64,000 nucleotides of DNA from Fibrobacterales bacterium (GTDB lineage Bacteria; Fibrobacterota; Fibrobacteria; Fibrobacterales; JAOPTW01): assembly GCA_051532035.1 (NCBI GenBank), contig JAOPTW010000027.1:96001-160000 (forward strand), given 5' to 3'. The notes under the pieces were generated by a model, which had not been told where the DNA came from, did no database searches, and saw nothing but the letters and a program-made list of their open reading frames with translations. Positions 10,456 to 19,955 of the stretch are shown one piece after another. Position 1 is the stretch's first letter, and each line of letters starts with the position of its first letter. Position numbers and translations under genes: made by a program.

Positions 10456-10594
10456 TTACTCAATATTCAAATACACTGCCGCAGAATCATCTACATCAGT
10501 AGCAACAGCCGACTATATAGGGCTCGTTCCTACCACATGAGATACGGCTAGTACTTGCTCCGGCTTATTCGTAATAATAGGATTATCATTAACT
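10456..10594 (-). pseudogene. Degenerate, internally deleted copy of the 3' end of the cadherin lipoprotein gene at 12002..13816
   Basis: 10456-10489 matches 12002-12035 and 10487-10594 matches 12186-12293 with scattered substitutions; the PIWSA Trp codon is mutated to TAG. Confidence 0.85.
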
Positions 10595-10704
10595 ACTCCT
10601 GAAAACACCCCTAAAAACCAAACAATCCCTAAAACATCAAAGATTGTAACTTTTAAGATAAATATTCCTAACTCCACACATAATAAACTAAAATCATGTA
10701 AACA

Positions 10705-10757
10705 TTATCACAAATTGTGATAACGCACTTGTAATATTCCTATATTTACGCTAAAAT
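10705..10757 (+). promoter_or_regulatory. Perfect 9-1-9 operator palindrome plus sigma70-like promoter of the TA operon
   Basis: TTATCACAA-A-TTGTGATAA (10705-10723), then TTGTAA (10729-34), 17-bp spacer, TAAAAT (10752-57). Confidence 0.65.
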
Positions 10758-10814
10758 ACCCAATGAAAGAACACCAATATTACGATATGGAATATATATT
10801 AAGAGGTACAGTTA

Positions 10815-11171
10815 TTGAAAAAGTGGGATGTTAAGTATGTAAGTTCATACCCTCATAAAAGAGATAAGGGTTTCTGGAAAAAACATACAAAAGAAGTGGG
10901 AAATGTAATGCTGAATTTTGCAAAGTATATTGAACTCCTTCGTACCGATGAAAAACCTGTTGACTTATTAAAGTACTTATCATTTGTAAGAAACGAAGGC
11001 AAGGGACTATACGCTATTGACCCCCGCCCACCAGCAAAAGCATATCCTTTGAGGTTTTATATTTACCCAAAGAACGGAATTGTATACGTAATAAATTTTG
11101 GTGATAAGGATACACAAAAAAAAGATGTGCCAGCAGCACACAAAGTAATTGAGGAGTTAAAACATGAGTAA
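10815..11171 (+). CDS. RelE/ParE-superfamily (HigB-like) toxin
   Basis: 118 aa, basic; GKGLYAI..LRFYIY..VYVINFGDKDTQKKDV resembles the GDKxTQxxDI tail of RelE-like addiction-module killers; AGAGG RBS before TTG. Confidence 0.65.
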   Translation: MKKWDVKYVSSYPHKRDKGFWKKHTKEVGNVMLNFAKYIELLRTDEKPVDLLKYLSFVRNEGKGLYAIDPRPPAKAYPLRFYIYPKNGIVYVINFGDKDTQKKDVPAAHKVIEELKHE

Positions 11172-11733
11172 AACAATAGAAAATATATCAGAACTAGCAG
11201 GACCACTTGGATTTACTGCTAAAGATCAAAATGATCTTCAAAATACTATTGATAATTACTCCATGAGTCGTTTAATTTCAATGGTACGTGTCAAAAACAA
11301 AATGACACAAAAAGCCTTTGGAACAAAAATCTGTAAATCACAAGCATATGTTTCAAAAGTTGAAAACCTCTCCAATGATGATTTGAACATTAAAGATCTT
11401 ACATGTTGTCTTCAACCATTTGGTATCCAAGTCGGGTTCTCCCTTTCTAAACCAAAAACAATCAAGCAACGTTTAATTGATAACCATAATGAACTTTTTA
11501 CATTGATTGAAGACCTGAAAAACCTAGAAAGGGAAGACGAACATATTTTACAAGGCTTAGCTGAACTTAAAACTGAAGCAGCCGGAAACTACATCAAAAT
11601 ATTAGAAACGATGGTTCAAAGTACCAGAAAAAATATGGATCAGATAGACTCTATGAAAGAGCTTAAAATCGATATAGACAAAGATTTAGTGGGATTCTCC
11701 GAAATAAGCTCTAAAGAAAAATCTCCCTGTTAA
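11164..11733 (+). CDS. XRE-family HTH antitoxin (HigA-like) with extended helical C-terminus
   Basis: VRVKNKMTQKAFGTKICKSQAYVSKVEN helix-turn-helix; overlaps the toxin stop. Confidence 0.75.
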   Translation: MSKTIENISELAGPLGFTAKDQNDLQNTIDNYSMSRLISMVRVKNKMTQKAFGTKICKSQAYVSKVENLSNDDLNIKDLTCCLQPFGIQVGFSLSKPKTIKQRLIDNHNELFTLIEDLKNLEREDEHILQGLAELKTEAAGNYIKILETMVQSTRKNMDQIDSMKELKIDIDKDLVGFSEISSKEKSPC

Positions 11734-12001
11734 TATACAATTTGCGCCATTAGAACACTTAGCCTGTCTTTTCTTTTATTCGGCCTTTCAACGGGCAGTC
11801 GAAAGATAGCCTCGCAGTCAAGCCCTTTTGCAACCAACTAGCGCGCCATACCGGGTTCTGTCTTGACTATTCAGAAGAACATAAACAGGCTCCGACGAAT
11901 TTCAGAGTATTAGATTTATAGGCAGCGCGAGGTATCAACTCGACAAAAATGCTCAAAAACAACGAAAACACTCAACGACTGTTAGATTATTTATAATATG
12001 T

Positions 12002-13816
12002 TTATTCAATATTCAAATACACTGTCGCAGTATCACGGCCACTCCGCACATCAGTCACCAAGACCTTTAAGCTATCTAAACCTTGATAGCCTCCTTGAGG
12101 GGTATAGGTCACTACACCATCCGCAGCGACCGATGCCAATCCTTCCTTGGGTTCTGCTAAAACACTCCAAGTCAATCCATCAGGGTCATCTACATCAGTA
12201 GCAACAGCCGACCATATAGGACTCGCTCCTGCCACATGAGATACAGCGATTACTTGTTCCGGCTTATTCGAAATAATAGGATTATCATTAACTTCATTAA
12301 TAACCACTGGAATTCGAAGAGTATCAAAATAGACATCATCCGTTAAAATAACACTTAATGTATCAACCCCATATTGATTATGCAGGCCACCATAGGTTAC
12401 ACTTTTAATTGTTCCCGATCCACTTATGCCAGAGACCTCACCTATCATAGCGCCAAAGTATGACCACTTGAGCTGATTTCCATCAATATCGCCTCCCGAA
12501 AGGACCAGCTCTTTAGATGCATCTTCATCTATTTCAAGTACAAAACCTGCTGGTAGTGCATTAAAAATTGGCGCATTGTCATTTTGATTTACAACTCGAA
12601 TCACGATGTCCTTATAGGTCGTATCTAGAGCGTCATAAACTCCAATCGAAAAAGGTACTGGTTTAACCCCTTCAAAGTCAAAAGGCATCAATGAGCGTAT
12701 CATCCCCACTGAATCAACAGAAAACAATTGAGAGTCTAAAATAAAGTTTACTGCATCGCCATCGATATCATCAACAGAGATTGTCGCTATTTCTCCTTGG
12801 ACATTTTCATTGATAACGAGCGTATCCACGGTGACTACAGGGGGTGTATTCACTCGTACCGTTACCATTGCAACGCCACTGAGATTACGACTGTCTACTG
12901 CTCTAAAAGAGATAGGAAGTATGCCAGACTCCCAAAATACTTTTTTGTACAATAGGTTATTCTCATTCGTAATTTCATAAATCGAGTCACCATCAAAATC
13001 CCATTCATACCGGACAATGGATTCATCATCAGTAACCACTGTTGACAAAAGGAGCGTATCGCCAACTCGAACTGTTGTATCTTTTTGATTGAATACAATA
13101 GTAGGCGCTTTGTTATGAATAAGATGTTGTACTAGAGAGTCCTGGCCAACAATTGCGGGGAAAATAGCTTTAAGAATTTCTTCATTAAGCTGTCCGCGAC
13201 TCGATAGAGTATCTCCAATGAGCCTAATGATATCTGTAGTATCCAACTCATTCAATTGGGAGTGTAAATGATGGTTTTTATATTGAGAATAGAGTCCTGA
13301 CCCATTTAATCCATCTGCATCAACAATAGAGCGGGTAAACAAAGAATCTAGCACTGCTTTTTTATCGGCAAGCTCCGTCAATGACCTTCCCTGAATAATT
13401 TTTGCATATTCAGTTAAACAATCAGCACTTAACGTATCCACCTCTCCACCAATAGCAACTACTTCTGCATCGAGAAGAAACCGACTACTGCGTTTCAGTA
13501 ATGGTAATCCTTGACTATAGGCGACATACATTACGTCAACATCACCAGATTTACCACTGCTTTCGACTGTAATTCTAATCGTTATGTTATCTTGGACAGA
13601 ATCTACAACTGTTGTTGTAAATTCATGGGCACGGTAGGTGCGCCGTGAATAATCAGCATCAACAACCAAATCAACTACAACTGAATCTATAACCAACGCG
13701 TTATTTTTAGTAATGGAAACAACAATTTCTCGTCGGCTCTCGCCATATTCAAGCACATTACAACTGCTGAGAAGCAGCAGAGCAAAGACCGACCATAGTA
13801 ACAATTTCGTATTCAT
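12002..13816 (-). CDS. Lipoprotein with PKD, cadherin and Ig-like domains
   Basis: LLLSSC lipobox; YEWDFDGD (PKD), FDFE..NDNAPIF (cadherin), VTYTP..GYQGLDS. Start placed at MNTKLL (13816). Confidence 0.8.
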   Translation of the reverse strand: MNTKLLLWSVFALLLLSSCNVLEYGESRREIVVSITKNNALVIDSVVVDLVVDADYSRRTYRAHEFTTTVVDSVQDNITIRITVESSGKSGDVDVMYVAYSQGLPLLKRSSRFLLDAEVVAIGGEVDTLSADCLTEYAKIIQGRSLTELADKKAVLDSLFTRSIVDADGLNGSGLYSQYKNHHLHSQLNELDTTDIIRLIGDTLSSRGQLNEEILKAIFPAIVGQDSLVQHLIHNKAPTIVFNQKDTTVRVGDTLLLSTVVTDDESIVRYEWDFDGDSIYEITNENNLLYKKVFWESGILPISFRAVDSRNLSGVAMVTVRVNTPPVVTVDTLVINENVQGEIATISVDDIDGDAVNFILDSQLFSVDSVGMIRSLMPFDFEGVKPVPFSIGVYDALDTTYKDIVIRVVNQNDNAPIFNALPAGFVLEIDEDASKELVLSGGDIDGNQLKWSYFGAMIGEVSGISGSGTIKSVTYGGLHNQYGVDTLSVILTDDVYFDTLRIPVVINEVNDNPIISNKPEQVIAVSHVAGASPIWSAVATDVDDPDGLTWSVLAEPKEGLASVAADGVVTYTPQGGYQGLDSLKVLVTDVRSGRDTATVYLNIE

Positions 13817-13829
13817 ATCTCTCATAGTA

Positions 13830-16800
13830 TTAGTAGGTAAACTTAAGTACATACACACCAGCATCTAAATCCATTGGAATAGAGACTGACGATGCATCAA
13901 CATTTAATTTGGAAACCAGCTCTCCACGGAGGGTAAAAATAGAGCACTCTTCTACATCATTTGGAATCGAAAGCTCAGTTAATGCACCTGCTGAATTATT
14001 TACAATAACCATTTTTCTCTGATCATCTATTAACGCATTACCATAGGTAATAGGTGAAATTGAGTCTACAGGATTGGGCAATGCAATAAGCGTCGTATCG
14101 CCCCGCTCTGGTTGTGGGACCGTTACAGGCACATCTATTTGTGTAGAGCTCACTTCACTACCACTCTGCGCTGAAGAAAGTAACATAGAGTTATCAACCA
14201 CATGTACCACTAATGTATCTGTTTTAGACACTGCTAATCCATCGGTAACCTGAATTGGAATGGCAAGGCGCCCTGTAAAGCCATCCTGAGCAATAACGTT
14301 GGTACCATACGCTGTAAAATAGTCACTAAACCCTATAAGTATTGAAAGGACATCGCCATCAACATCAACTGCCTTAATCAAAGTGTCTGCAACGGCTATC
14401 GTTGTATTTGGCCCAATAGAAAGAGGTACTATAGATTCAATATACGGTGCATCATTCACCGGCATAACATCAACAGATAACAGAACACTTTGAGACGTGT
14501 CAATGCCATCGGTAGCTGAGACTGGCACTTGTAGTGCACCATTAAAATTACTTTCAGGAGTGACAGTTAATCCACTTACCGTGTAATGTTCACCGTGCCC
14601 TACTAGTATGTTAAGGTTTTCGTTATCTACATCAAGTAGGGTTACCATATCGTTAGTGAATACAATTGGTGTATCTTCATTAATTTTCTGAGACTTTGGT
14701 AGTAGCACTTGGGGGACATCATTTACTGGAGTTACCATGATGGTCATAGAAATATTTTTGGTAGTATCTCTACCATTTGTTATCGCTACCGGTACCAATA
14801 GTTCGCCATTAAAGTGTAAGGTTGGTGTAATCACATTACCAACAATTGTATACTCTGATCCACTTCTAATTATAACACTCAAAGGATCATCGACATCCAC
14901 TGCATCTGTCATAGACAGAGTTATTTCTAATGCAGTATCTTCATCAATTTCCTTACCTTCAACCTTTGAGTAGGTAAGAGGGTCATCCACTGCATCTACC
15001 TGTATATGGAGCTGAATGGTATCTGATCTATCAGTACCATCAGATACACAGACAGGAACTGATAAGGCCCCGAAGAAATGTTCATGTGGTAGTATTGAAT
15101 CATTTCTTAAAACATATGATGAATCTGACAGAACAATCAGTGACAGATTTTCACCCTCCACATCTGTAGCATTATACACAATGGTACTGACGTCAACTCC
15201 TACCTCTTCTATTGTAGTTATTGAATCAACCTTGTTGAGCTCTGGCAGGTCATTAACAGAGTTAACAATGAGCTCCATTGGCACATAATTTGTTGTCTCT
15301 GTTCCATCTGTAATTGCTATTTGAAGTTGAATTGTTCCATAAAAATTTTCTACTGGCTCCACAATTGCATCGGTGATCACAACATCTTTATGAGGTACAA
15401 TAATTACCTGTAGAGGGTCATTATCATCATCTTTTGCATCGGTCATGAAGAACGTTAGCTCAATTAAGCCATCTTCATCAATTGTTTGGTTATGGGCGAG
15501 GGATAGCGTCGGTAGGTCGTTTACTGGAGTTACTGTTAATTTAAAATCAACGGGGCCTATGACGTCTGTTCCGTCATCTACACTTATGGGAATGACAAGC
15601 TCACCATTAAAGTTGTGATTGGGAATGATAGTAGTTCCTGAAATTGTGTAGTTATCACCTTCTTCAATTATAAAGGTTAGGTTATCATCATCAACATTGT
15701 GGATGTCAGTTATTTGCTGAGTAATGGTAAAGTCCGTGTCTTCATTAATCGTTTTTGATTGTATAGTCGTGAAGATGGTGGTATCATTAACTGGGTTTAC
15801 CGTTATTATTATGTTTGCTGTATCCGTTAGATGGCCATCTGAAAGTATATACGGAATAGCTTCAGTGCCATTCCAATACTCATTGGAGGTGTAAAAAAGG
15901 GTGTCACTACGAATCTCGAAAATACCGTTATTTATAGAATCTGTTTGAAGTTCGTCAATTGTAAAATAAGTATTTGGGTCATAATCGGTATCATTACTAA
16001 GTAGATCAGATAGCAGGATAATTATATTACCACCTTCATTTATACTATATAGGTCATCGAATGCTCTTGGTGCATAATTCTGATAATCTAAGTAGATCAT
16101 AGAAAAGCTGGTGTTACTCCATATTGTGTCAGAATCTACCACAACACCAGCTCTGTAAAAAACCGTATCTTTTTCATAGGCAGTAGCACCTTCGGGCAAC
16201 ATATACCACCCCGTTGAGTCCGTTGACCCTACTCCAACAATTGAGTCTATCTTTAAGACAGTGGGACGTACTCCATCTTCAATATTCCAGTCGTTTTCTA
16301 ACAGTGTTGAAAGATGCGCTCTAGAGTGAATTTTATATTGATCACTATGTGAAATTGGTGTAGTATAATTAATCCAAAGGGTAGGGTATTGGTCGCGCTC
16401 TCTAATGCGCCATACAGTAAAAAATTCCCATGTCGTCGGATACGTTTGATGTCTCATCATATCACCCTCAGAGATACCTTTATAATTTGTATCATTTGAT
16501 TGGGATGATGTGTCAAGTCTACTCGTATAGATATTCCAATAACTATCAATAACAGAACTTCCACCATAAGGTGAATCATAGCCAATTAATCCTCCCACTT
16601 GTCTATTTCCTCGGACAATACCAGTGCTATAGCACCGTTCAATATGGCCAATATTCCAACCCACCAGTCCTCCAGCATTCGCATCTGAATAGTCTGAAAC
16701 AAGTGTACTCGTTACCATTCCCACACTGTAGGAATCATATATAGAGCCATCAAAGTTTTGTCCTACCAAACCACCAATATCACTAGAACTAGCTTCAATA

Positions 16801-17276
16801 GTACTATTACTATAACACTTAACTATTATACCTCTATTTTCGCCAACAAGTCCCCCCACTCGAGACCCTGCCGTTATTAATCCACCTGTGTAAGAGAGTG
16901 AAATTGTACCCTTGTTATAGCCAACGAGCCCACCAGTGGCTGCCCCTCCATGAATAACTCCTGTTACTCCAAGGTTTTTAATTATTGCATTTGTATCTGT
17001 TACTCCAAAAAAACCGGTATTTTCTGTGTGATAGCCTAAAGTATTATTAATGTATAGCTTATAAATTCTAAATCCATTACCATTGAAGCTTCCACTAAAA
17101 GGATGCGCCAAATTTCCAATGGGAGGGAGGCCTGCCCCACTTGGCTCTAATCTTGATGCTGAAGCATTTATATTATTAGTAAGTTTATAATTTGCACTCA
17201 GAGGCATTGTCCAATGAGTACCAATTTTTTTCAGCTGTTCATAAGTACTAATCTCAATGGTATCATAGGGTATCAT
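13830..17276 (-). CDS. C-terminal part of giant GLUG + tandem cadherin-like (VNDxP) adhesin with T9SS-type C-terminal sorting domain
   Basis: GGLVG (GLUG) repeats; about 7 VND-P/IDED cadherin-like repeats; ends IFTLRGELV..LDAGVYVLKF; no signal peptide of its own. Confidence 0.85.
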   Translation of the reverse strand: MIPYDTIEISTYEQLKKIGTHWTMPLSANYKLTNNINASASRLEPSGAGLPPIGNLAHPFSGSFNGNGFRIYKLYINNTLGYHTENTGFFGVTDTNAIIKNLGVTGVIHGGAATGGLVGYNKGTISLSYTGGLITAGSRVGGLVGENRGIIVKCYSNSTIEASSSDIGGLVGQNFDGSIYDSYSVGMVTSTLVSDYSDANAGGLVGWNIGHIERCYSTGIVRGNRQVGGLIGYDSPYGGSSVIDSYWNIYTSRLDTSSQSNDTNYKGISEGDMMRHQTYPTTWEFFTVWRIRERDQYPTLWINYTTPISHSDQYKIHSRAHLSTLLENDWNIEDGVRPTVLKIDSIVGVGSTDSTGWYMLPEGATAYEKDTVFYRAGVVVDSDTIWSNTSFSMIYLDYQNYAPRAFDDLYSINEGGNIIILLSDLLSNDTDYDPNTYFTIDELQTDSINNGIFEIRSDTLFYTSNEYWNGTEAIPYILSDGHLTDTANIIITVNPVNDTTIFTTIQSKTINEDTDFTITQQITDIHNVDDDNLTFIIEEGDNYTISGTTIIPNHNFNGELVIPISVDDGTDVIGPVDFKLTVTPVNDLPTLSLAHNQTIDEDGLIELTFFMTDAKDDDNDPLQVIIVPHKDVVITDAIVEPVENFYGTIQLQIAITDGTETTNYVPMELIVNSVNDLPELNKVDSITTIEEVGVDVSTIVYNATDVEGENLSLIVLSDSSYVLRNDSILPHEHFFGALSVPVCVSDGTDRSDTIQLHIQVDAVDDPLTYSKVEGKEIDEDTALEITLSMTDAVDVDDPLSVIIRSGSEYTIVGNVITPTLHFNGELLVPVAITNGRDTTKNISMTIMVTPVNDVPQVLLPKSQKINEDTPIVFTNDMVTLLDVDNENLNILVGHGEHYTVSGLTVTPESNFNGALQVPVSATDGIDTSQSVLLSVDVMPVNDAPYIESIVPLSIGPNTTIAVADTLIKAVDVDGDVLSILIGFSDYFTAYGTNVIAQDGFTGRLAIPIQVTDGLAVSKTDTLVVHVVDNSMLLSSAQSGSEVSSTQIDVPVTVPQPERGDTTLIALPNPVDSISPITYGNALIDDQRKMVIVNNSAGALTELSIPNDVEECSIFTLRGELVSKLNVDASSVSIPMDLDAGVYVLKFTY

Positions 17277-17287
17277 AGGGTATCATA
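17260..17287. repeat. 10-bp tandem repeat (tatcataggg x2.7) causing a frameshift
   Basis: gtatcataggg tatcataggg tatcata lies exactly at the junction of the two adhesin ORFs. Confidence 0.95.
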
Positions 17288-19572
17288 ATGTACGTGGGAC
17301 TCCCCCAAAGGGTATCATTTAATGACAACTTAACACCAGGTCTATAAAAGAGCAATAATGAATCTTTTGATTCATTCATTTTCGACTCTTGCAAAAACTG
17401 GGCTAACTCAATAGTATCACCTTGTACATATATATCATTAGTAACAAAAAACAATAGGTTTGTAGTATCAGGTAATGTCTCTGACACATCAGGGACCCCT
17501 ATAGGCCCTTGTACTGTTTCTTGCAAATATGGATGCGTTACTCCTTCCTGAATGCACCATGTGGCATCAAAATCAAAATTTGCAAATGAATCTCGAGTAG
17601 TAAACTCTATTGAATTCAAGCCTTGAATTTCTGTCTTGTTTCGTATACTCCCATAATGCCAGGTATTTTGACTATTCCAATAATTTGATGAATTTTTATA
17701 TTCATAATCAGAACCAGTATAAATTGGAGGCATCTCTTCAAATAGCTTTATAGCATACCCACTAAACACATTTTCTGAAAGAAAACTGAAATATGTAACC
17801 CCCACCAAGCCACCACCATTTACTACACCCGCACTTACATTATTAAACCAAATACCATTACCCGCACCAATTCCTCCAACCCAATCTTGGCCAGAAACTA
17901 CAGCACTACTATATGACTTTATAACGATTCCACCAGTACTTATTATACCCCCAACATAACTTTCATCAACATGTATTCGTCCTGTTACAGAAGCTTTTAT
18001 AATCGTACCGTAACCAGCGCCAGCTATAATCCCTGCTCTTTCTTTTGCTGTGATATTAGCACTAATCCCTACACCATATATTGTTGCAGCCGTATCAATA
18101 AACGAAAACAACCCAACATAAGATTCCTCTGGCCTATTTATGTACAGGTTTTTTATTCTAAATCCATTTCCTATAAAAGTTCCCACAAATGGATTTAGAT
18201 AAGATCCAATTGGTTCAAAGCCCATATTTGATTCATCTAAATATGATTCCGATGCATCAACATCATTTACTAATTTATAAATTCCATTTAATGGGTAACC
18301 CTGCATTCGACCTATTCTATTCAATTCATTATAATTAGAGATTGGAATATATTGAATTGGCTCCGCGATATACGTATAACTACCCCATAGCGTATCACCA
18401 GATGATAAAAGCTCGCCTGGTGTATAGTAATAATAAAGCGTATCCAGAATTGTGTCTTTACCCAAATATTTAGCAGCATAGATATTACCCGATTCATGAT
18501 CAAAATCATTTTCGAGGTACCCATTTAAACTTAGAGTATCTACAACTCCAGTTGCTAAATCACTAATACCTATTGGTGGATTATTCATACTTATAAGCCC
18601 AGGATATGACAATCCATCCTCTATTATCCAAGTAGATCCCCAACTCCAATTAATATACGTTACTTCACTCTTCATTAGACTAGTTGGTAATCCTTTCAAA
18701 TCAGGCCGATGTACACCTGCCACATATATATGCTTTGACTTCTGATTATCCCAATAACAATTTGAAAAAAGAGTATCAGACCTCTCCAAAGATGTTGATA
18801 ATTTTCCTGAGCTATAACGATCATTACTTCTACTGGAACCATCGATTACTTGACCTGACCCAAAACTATAACTAACACTTGAAATCGGCCCTTCAACATT
18901 AGAATTATACCATAAAGAACCTATTAAACTCCCCCCTTGGGATCCAAATACATCTACAAAAGAATATGTGTTTTCAATTTCTGTATTCTCACCATAACCA
19001 ACCAAACCACCAGAAGAATTACCTTTGATATTACCAGTAGTGAAGCTTTTTTTAATAACCGTCCCAATCGAACTACCAATCAAACCACCTGATCCCGATG
19101 CATTAATATCAACTTGGGCAAAACAATTAACCACTAAACTTCCATTAGACTCACCAGCTATTCCACCAACTTTATAATCCCCTGTAGCATTAACAAACAC
19201 TCCGAAATTTATAACTTTGCTTCCTTCTGTTAAAAGACTAAACACACCTAAATTTGATGCATTAGGTCTATTAATAAATAATTTCTGTACATAGAAACCA
19301 TTTCCATCCAGTGACCCTGAAAATCCTGCTGTACCCAAACCAATGGGTTCAAATCCTAAGTCATTATTATCTGTTCGAGACATTGAGGCATCAATAACAT
19401 TTTTTAATCTATAATGAGCGGAAAGGTTATTATTCACCCTCTTCAAATCTTCATAGTCCTCAATCAAATATGGATCCCCCAAAGTCCCAGATCCACTCAA
19501 AACCCCACCAACAGCAAACAGATTCACCGATAAGAAGCAAAAAAAGAGAAAAGAAGTAATGATTTGTTTCAT
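17263..19572 (-). CDS. N-terminal part of giant GLUG adhesin (signal peptide, two GLUG/filamentous-haemagglutinin-like modules)
   Basis: MKQIITSFLFF signal; GSGTLGDPYLI..GFEPIG..FSGSLDGNG module repeated; ends at the 10-bp repeat. Confidence 0.85.
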   Translation of the reverse strand: MKQIITSFLFFCFLSVNLFAVGGVLSGSGTLGDPYLIEDYEDLKRVNNNLSAHYRLKNVIDASMSRTDNNDLGFEPIGLGTAGFSGSLDGNGFYVQKLFINRPNASNLGVFSLLTEGSKVINFGVFVNATGDYKVGGIAGESNGSLVVNCFAQVDINASGSGGLIGSSIGTVIKKSFTTGNIKGNSSGGLVGYGENTEIENTYSFVDVFGSQGGSLIGSLWYNSNVEGPISSVSYSFGSGQVIDGSSRSNDRYSSGKLSTSLERSDTLFSNCYWDNQKSKHIYVAGVHRPDLKGLPTSLMKSEVTYINWSWGSTWIIEDGLSYPGLISMNNPPIGISDLATGVVDTLSLNGYLENDFDHESGNIYAAKYLGKDTILDTLYYYYTPGELLSSGDTLWGSYTYIAEPIQYIPISNYNELNRIGRMQGYPLNGIYKLVNDVDASESYLDESNMGFEPIGSYLNPFVGTFIGNGFRIKNLYINRPEESYVGLFSFIDTAATIYGVGISANITAKERAGIIAGAGYGTIIKASVTGRIHVDESYVGGIISTGGIVIKSYSSAVVSGQDWVGGIGAGNGIWFNNVSAGVVNGGGLVGVTYFSFLSENVFSGYAIKLFEEMPPIYTGSDYEYKNSSNYWNSQNTWHYGSIRNKTEIQGLNSIEFTTRDSFANFDFDATWCIQEGVTHPYLQETVQGPIGVPDVSETLPDTTNLLFFVTNDIYVQGDTIELAQFLQESKMNESKDSLLLFYRPGVKLSLNDTLWGSPTYIMIPYDTL

Positions 19573-19955
19573 AGAAACCTCACAATAAATACGCAAAGCA
19601 TAAAAGCTTTACAAAGAATATATCCCCAGACTGAGCAATAATAGAAAGCACCCTGCAAGTGAGGCAAATGTTAACTCCAATTTACATTCAGGCCAAAAGA
19701 ATGTGACCAGCAACACATTTTATGTATAGTGCCTGCAAGACACTTGTTGATGAGCTAATCCCCTAATAAGCCTTCACTCTACAGCGATTCCACCCCAGAT
19801 AACGTATCTTTAACACATAGCCCCCCCCACTCTAATCTATTGTCGTTCAGTTATTTGTAAAACTTTACATTCGGCCGTCCTCAAATCCATTTTTGTGATT
19901 AAATTTAAAGATGGTCGCATAAAGTGACTCTACTGGGGCAAATCGAAGGGCATAC

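Noticed and set aside
10456..10594. Duplicated fragment as a DGR template repeat
   Set aside because: Differences from 12002-12293 are not confined to adenines, there is an internal deletion, and no RT is nearby.
11760..11990. Somewhat GC-richer stretch after the TA pair, possible ncRNA or gene remnant
   Set aside because: No recognisable ORF, RNA motif or convincing structure by eye.
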